This document shows positions 57,801 through 64,000 of a stretch of 64,000 nt of DNA, one piece after another (the stretch's first letter is position 1; each line of letters starts with the position of its first letter). Origin of the DNA: Nitrospirales bacterium (GTDB lineage Bacteria; Nitrospirota; Nitrospiria; Nitrospirales; UBA8639); NCBI GenBank assembly GCA_965203295.1, contig CBDBCZ010000011.1, forward strand, positions 32,001 through 96,000. Reading direction: 5' to 3'. A model generated the notes under the pieces. That model made no database searches and was not told where the DNA came from. It saw nothing but the letters and a program-made list of their open reading frames with translations. The position numbers and the translations under genes were made by a program.

Positions 57801-60800
57801 TTTTTCGCAAGGATGGAAGTAGGTCTAATTATATAGCAGGGTATACTTACGTATACATGCTCAAAAGCATACTCTAAGATGTAACCAACAGCAGTTATAG
57901 TACATAGTGTCTAAATATTATTAAAGCTTCCTATGTATTAGTTAAAGGTCAGTTTGGGTGAGGGGAGTTTAAAGTCTGAGGCGAAGCCGAGGATTCTAAC
58001 ACCTCACCCAAACTGACCCTTAACTAATTTAATGTACATTGGTATAGCAATACTCCCTGTATGTGGCCTCCTTTGAGTGCTATAAGCGTGGGAAAGAGTG
58101 GTTGCCATGGTAATGTACATTAAACAATGTTACAGCAAAGACGTAATAGTAAACTTCCTATTCAAGTACAGCTATCAATCTTGCTAAAGCACTGAACATT
58201 GATGTGTTTGATTCTGACCGTAATTGCACATTACAGGTGTTTTTACTGATGGCGAAAAATCACGACTCGTGATAGCTGTCACTCGCTTGGATTCTCATTA
58301 CCTGAATAGCATCAAACGTCGACTCTCCCTTCAAAATCTAAAGGACAAAGCAAAGAAATTGGTTTGTGATGCAGTTGAAAAAGCAGTAGGAGCTCGTATC
58401 TCAGATAAGAAAGTTATCCCAGTTATTGGAAGGTGGGCACTCAGTGCTAGACAGCTGAAATACCTGCAGGATAGTCAGTCTTTACAGCAAGCAGAGCAAA
58501 ATCTGGCACAATTGTTCCCTGCAAGTGGGGAGGGCCAGAAAGTGTCACCAGCCAGACATCGAGATGAAATTGTGGAGATACTGGAAGAAAAAAGTGGAAT
58601 AAAACAGCTTGAAGAGGAGTAAGTATTCTGTATAAACACCAGTATATAAGTACAAAAATGAATAAACTTCACAAGTAGGCTATAAGCCTCATGTTTACAT
58701 AATTATTATCTTCTTTAACACAGAATACAGAATATAGTAAAAGTGTTTGGAAGTGTATGGATCAGCTCAATCCATTGTGAATGCTCAAGTTATACGGAAG
58801 CTACACTCAAAGTACTAAGGGATACAATTTCCCTACTACAAGGATTTATGATGGGTAAGGATGTGTGTGCATTATAAAAATATCGTAAAATCTGATAAAT
58901 AACCGCCCCCTTAAAGGTAACCGCCCCTCTAGTATAACCGATCAATTTACTACAACAACAGTTCACTCTCGTGTAAAACCTTCTATGTAAACATAACCGC
59001 CCATAATTTGCACGTGCAGCCCAGGCAGGAAATTGAATCTGTAAAATTAATAGCGTTTGCGCGTGTGAATGTCTATAGCAAGCAGAGCATGCAGCTTATG
59101 CGTAGAACACGACCGTACAGAATAGCGACGAGAATCAGACTGTGAAAACCAAGAAGTCGGCGTTAGTCGTAGCGAGAAAACCCTAGCTACGGTTAGTGGA
59201 GGGTTCTGGGAATGAGACTAAGCTACAGTAGCTAAGCTTGCCTGCCTGTAGGCTTCCTACCTCACATCTATACCAGCTACCGGGCTGATCTCAACGTAGG
59301 AAATGTTTCTGTAAATCTGCCACACTATTAACTGTTGTTTTGCAAAAATAACCGATCTGTGATTATACCCGCCCATGTAAAAGTAACCGCCCATTGAGGC
59401 TGCTAATTCTAATTATAACCGCCCCCGGTTATTTATCAGAGTTTACGGTATTTGTGTTAGGTATACTATATCCACATATGTAGAGAATTTTATCTCAGAA
59501 TTATATAACGTACAATGAATTCTATAACTATACCAGGCATTCTATATAGCTATATAATACAATATATAGTATAGGACGCATTCTTTAGCATAGAATCCAT
59601 TCTATAACATAGAATCCATTCTATAGCATAGAATGCATTCTATAGCACAGAATTTCTTCTATAGCTTAATGTACATTACCATGGCAACCACTTTTTCCCA
59701 CGCTGATAGCACTCAAAGGAGGCCACATACAGGGATCATTGCTATACCAATGTACATTAAATCAGTTTGGGTGAAGGGTTAAAATCCTCGGCTTCGCCTC
59801 GGACTTTAAATTCCCCTAACCCAAACTCACCTTTAACTATTACAAAGAACCCATTCTATAGCACAGAATCCATTCTATAGCACAGAATTTATTCTATCAT
59901 AGAGAATTCATAGAATTTATTCTATAGCATGGAATTCATTTTGTAGCATACTAGGTGAATGCAAAGCATTGTGGGGCGAGCGTGAGCGAGGTATTAGCCC
60001 ATGCGTGCGTTAGTGGCGACGCACCCTCAGCAGCTCTTTTGGCTCCTTCTCTCGTCTCAGTGTCACTTGTTGGTGGCCTGGAGAAATGGCAGCTCTTCTG
60101 GCTTTAGAACTCGCTCTCTGCTGTTCCAATGTGACTTATCGCCAACCTGGGGATATATACGGCAACGCTGTAGCCTCTGCCGCTGCAGTCTACTCTGTGA
60201 GAGCATCCCTAAGCTAGCTGCACTGCAGCCACCGTGCCCTTGTAAACAATTTGGAATATTACGGAAACTATTTGAAACGTTAATTGGTTGGAGGATGAAT
60301 CAGTGCTAGTTTTGGTTACTCAAAACAAACTCTCAATTCACAATTATTAGCTAGTAGTTGTGGTAGTACAAACAGATTTTAGCTGTTACAGTATAAGTCT
60401 TACTCCCCCTGTTGAAACGTACTTGGCAAACGTTTTGTTTTTTTTGTTTTTTTAAGGGGATGGGGGGGGGGGGGGGGGGGTGCCCCCAGCTCCCTAGAAT
60501 TTGTGCCCTACATGTATGTCTGCAGACTCCACCCACCACCACTTTCAAGAACTCCCCTAAACTAAACATCATAGATAAAACCCTGGCTGGCCACTAAATT
60601 TTACCATCCTTAGTTTCTTCTATACTGTGGTGAGTCTCATAAGTTCAATGATACAACAGTTTTCAAACGGGTTAACAGTAAATTGGAGTGGGGGGAAACC
60701 AGACATTGCACCGTCTATTACCATTGTTATTCTTCTTTGTATCCAACAGCATGTAAGAAAAGAATTTTTAAAAGGGTAAAAATTCCCAGGGGGCTACAAA

Positions 60801-62909
60801 ATTTGTATTGGGTGGGGGACAAAGGTCTTTAAGTGCTTTTATCTCTGTATTGTAGTAAGCGCTCTTGTACTAAAATATTTTGCATGTTCCCTAATTTTTC
60901 TATGCCACAAATCAAGGTTATGATATTTGCCTCAAATACCTCATAGTTTCCTAAGTGTGATGGCCTCACAGAGCTACATTAATTTTATATATACGTACAA
61001 AGGCTAGCTGAAATTTGAGCTTATACTACTATTTAAATGTTTGTTGTGCTTTCTTGTAGTAGCCAGTACATTCTGATCAACCATTTTTTTTCTGACTTCA
61101 GTTCAAGATGGAAAGTACAAGCAGGGCCTTCGCCATCAGCAAAATATTGCTCACACCCAGCAGGCATTTATCCAAAATTTAAAATGTGATGGTTCCAGTC
61201 CTGCGGAAAAGCAACTCAAAGAATGCTATGCTCGAGATGTTAAGGTCTGTATTACTTGTAGGGTTTTACATGTACCTGAAATGCATTGTTCTCTAATGTA
61301 AGTGTGAAATTGTGATCTTTGCATGGGCTATAGTATCAATATTCTTTAGTGCAATTCGATACAGCTGTGTCTAGTGCAAATGATGAATGCCCTCTAACAT
61401 TGCAGTATGGTATCACTGCACTGCACTAGTCGTATATACTTATTGAGGGTCTTGTGATGTAATAATCATACTGAAGAGTAATTATTATTAATGCATTCAC
61501 GGAGACCATCCTGGGTAATTGGGAAGAGGTAGGAAGGATTGTCTCTGATTTGTAGCTACTCTATAATCATATTGCGGTGTGATTGGTAGCTTGTTTGTTT
61601 TGTTTTATTTAAATCCATCCCTACATAATAGGCTTTTGCTTAGGTTGTTGTTAAACTGGTTTTTCTCAGACTTGTTTGGAGTGTTTTTTGGGAGGGAGAA
61701 AGTGGTGTGGATGATTATGTAGATTTGATGTACTCAGCCATGTGTGTGTGTATGGAACTTGTGATATGGGCTAAATATCACTCCATTTACACTCCCTTGT
61801 GTTGTGAGGGCTGTGTGCATGAATGGATTGGGTTCATGTCTAGTCAGATTCTGCATAACATGTGGGTGGGGCTAACTGCTGTAGCGTTGCTTCAATAGCA
61901 AAATTTATCAAGATCAAAGGTAGGTTTTAAATAAATGAACATATGGTGGTAGGCAGTCGCGTGTATGTTATTCTGCAATTAAATGGTGTGTAAACAGCAA
62001 ACGGCAAGGAGCTAGATCTGCAGACCATTATGAACCGTCGACAAGCCACATTGCAATGGGTAAGGGCTCTCTCACACGGTCCTCACATGCTTTATATTCT
62101 CCCAATAATATGATCAGTGCACTGACGCTATGCCACTTTCACTAAAGCTGCAGTGGGGAGAGATAAAATAATGTGTGTGCATTGTTGTGAATGGGCACTA
62201 CCCTTTGTGTGACATTAGTTTTGGATTTTAAGTTCAATAAGATCAGTACAGTTGCTTAAATGTAATGCACAAACTGATCATGAGTGCCGGTACTCTACTC
62301 CTGAGTTAACGATATGCTGAGGATGTGAAAACTTTATTCTTACTACTGAACATTGCAAGCCCTATTGTAATTTTGTATTAAAATTTACTGTACGATTAGC
62401 ACACGAACATGCTTACTAATTTTTTAGGATATCAGTGAAAGAGCCAAAGTTGAACTCACTGCCTTCATGAAGAGGAACAGAAAAAAGCTTGCAAAAGGAA
62501 GGATTTCACCAGAATCTTTTTATTCAGGTTTGAAGTAGCTTTATTTTGTAGGCTAACACAACTGTCAATACTATTTCCTATTTTCTAGACCTGCAGAAAC
62601 CTCTGGAAAAAGTAATCGATGAACACAGATTTAAAAGCATGTGTGAGGAGCTGGAAGTTCTCAGAGAAGATGCTACAAGGCAAATAGCCCACTTGGAATA
62701 TTTAACAAGACAGTACTGCACTACTGAATGTGGTGAGTTTAACGCAATACAGACTTAAGAAAGCATAATATTATGTATTGCTTGGTTGTATACCGGCCAG
62801 AAAAAAGAGAATCAACTGCTAAACCACTTGTAACCTTGGATGGAATCAAGTACAAGGACATGATTGAACACCATCCGAATCTGCTGGAGGAACAGAGAAC
62901 TTACCAACG
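48884..62909 (+). CDS. Dynamin-superfamily GTPase, bacterial dynamin-like protein/mitofusin-type G domain; 5' part, continues beyond the window
   Basis: Phase-consistent GT/AG exons: 48884-49076, 52167-52243, 54901-55076 (G1 VFGQFNSGKSTLLNAVL), 55635-55737 (G2 LPESEQSET), 55801-55938, 57584-57818 (G3 LVDNPG), 58237-58618 (G4 AVTRLD; SGIKQLEE), 58724-58854, 61102-61244, 62428-62527, 62589-62732, 62801-62909; 643 codons. The first two exons are less certain and extra exons (e.g. 50024-50073) are possible. Confidence 0.82.
50363..59838. repeat. Four copies of a ~180-bp hairpin-plus-tail element in GTPase introns (50363-50536 -, 53707-53889 +, 57939-58122 +, 59666-59838 -)
   Basis: Shared GTTAAAGGTCAGTTTGGGTGAGG..GAGGCGAAGCCGAGG..CCTCACCCAAACTGACC and TGTATGTGGCCTCCTTTGAGTGCTA..GGTTGCCATGGTAATGTACATTAA. 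Confidence 0.85.
50784..51323. mobile_element. Tc1/mariner (pogo-like) MITE; another family member type at 58883-59448
   Basis: TA|CCGTATAGCGCTTAAATTT ... AAATTTAAGCGCTATACCG|TA with TTCGCGAA subterminal repeats. Confidence 0.8.
59515..59950. repeat. About 19-bp minisatellite (TAGAATCCATTCTATAGCA) interrupted by the 59666-59838 element
   Basis: Visible period-19 repeats on both sides of the insertion. Confidence 0.75.
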
Positions 62910-63390
62910 GTAAGAATTCACTTTCAGACCTCTGTAAAGTTTGCTCATGGGTGACATGAATATTGAAAATAGTCAAGAGTGACATAATGCACATTAATTT
63001 TAGATACGTAATTGTGTAGAGTATAATATTATGTGTACCATATAGTGGCAAATCTTCACCAGTGAAAATTTTTGTCGAATGCATTTGAGAAGTATTGCAG
63101 AAAAAATGTGTCAGCAGTTAAGCCCATATTGCAGGAAAGAGCCTACCTGTTTATAGACACTGAAGATAGTTCAAGATTGCCGCCATTGTCAACTTTTGTT
63201 TATCACCAGTAGCAGGGCTACTTGCATAACTTTGAGGTCAGTGGTCCCTCAATAGTCTTGTGAGCCTGTGAGACTAGTCCTACATACATCCTCGTGGGAC
63301 AGTGCGAACAGTTTGGCCCCATTAGGCTACACCTTGCAAGGTCAGTGAGCTCACTGCGAGGTGGCAAAACTTGCAGGTATCTTGGTAGAG

Positions 63391-63998
63391 CAGGGGCGCC
63401 GGAAGCACTTTAGCTTTGGTCCGGCTGACAAACACTAGCCTCGTTCCCAGACCTATGGGAATGAGGCTAACAAACACAGCGTTGATAATAGCAGGCCCCC
63501 GCGCGAAGCGCAGAATTTTTTTAATTGCACTTTTGAAAAAGGTTAGGAATGGCTCACATGAAGTCTCTGCGAATCATTACTGCCGAAACGTAGATAGCAT
63601 TAGCTCAAACATCCGAAATAATCTCCAGAAGTGAAATACCAGTCGCACAATCCCACGTGGTATACGTATATACAGTGTTTAATACGTGGCTAATACGCTC
63701 GCGCTTCAGCCCCTCCCATTCAATAAAGGGCGGAGCCTCGACGAAAGCTCAATTGACGTGGCCGGCCGTGCCGTTGTCTCGTGGGCCAGACTTAGCCTCG
63801 TTCCCATGCCCGCGACTTGTTCAGTCCAGACTAACGTGAGTCTTAACAGTACGCTCACCAGCAGAATCCAGTTCGACAAATGACCAGCAACTGCTATTAT
63901 TAGTAGTAAACGCTAACAAGACGTCGCGATGACGTAAACTCGGCGTGAACATTGGTCCGGCGACCGCCGGACCTGCCGGACCGGTTCCGGCGCCCCTG
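63391..63998. mobile_element. hAT-like MITE containing a 34-bp TAG..CTA micro-element (63436-63469, ACAAACAC duplication)
   Basis: TIR CAGGGGCGCCGGAA / TTCCGGCGCCCCTG; the right TSD is cut off by the window end. Confidence 0.7.
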
Positions 63999-64000
63999 TA

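Noticed and set aside
59515..59950. CRISPR-like array
   Set aside because: Contiguous repeats with no unique spacers, no cas genes, eukaryotic intron.

Overview
Eukaryotic, intron-rich, repeat-dense DNA. It is most likely a demosponge; this is inferred from the short-chain collagen C4 gene, the sponge-type intronless secreted Cys-rich protein, the short introns and the repeat types. Six host genes can be read from the sequence. (1) The 5' half of TCTP/TPT1 (- strand, 3 exons, missed by the ORF track). (2) An intronless WDR53 head-to-head with it, 139 nt between the ATGs. (3) An intronless secreted protein with fibrinogen/collagen-NC1-like modules. (4) A complete UBXN7 (- strand, 10 coding exons, 559 aa). 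(5) A 2-exon short-chain collagen followed by two decayed tandem paralog units. (6) The 5' part (12 phase-consistent exons, 643 codons) of a bacterial-DLP/mitofusin-type dynamin-superfamily GTPase running off the right edge. The rest is transposon-derived. The main pieces are a near-intact CRE-type RLE retrotransposon with an N-terminal Cys cluster, a 5' hairpin and a candidate 10-bp TSD; a 3.8-kb AcademH-like element (RecQ remnant, 9-bp TSD) holding nested elements including an intact CR1/L2-type RT ORF; an ISL2EU-like fossil; Helitrons; and many MITEs. Notable among the MITEs is a size series of TAG...CTA palindromic elements as short as 28 bp with perfect 9-bp TSDs. All calls are by-eye translation and motif recognition; no database searches were run.
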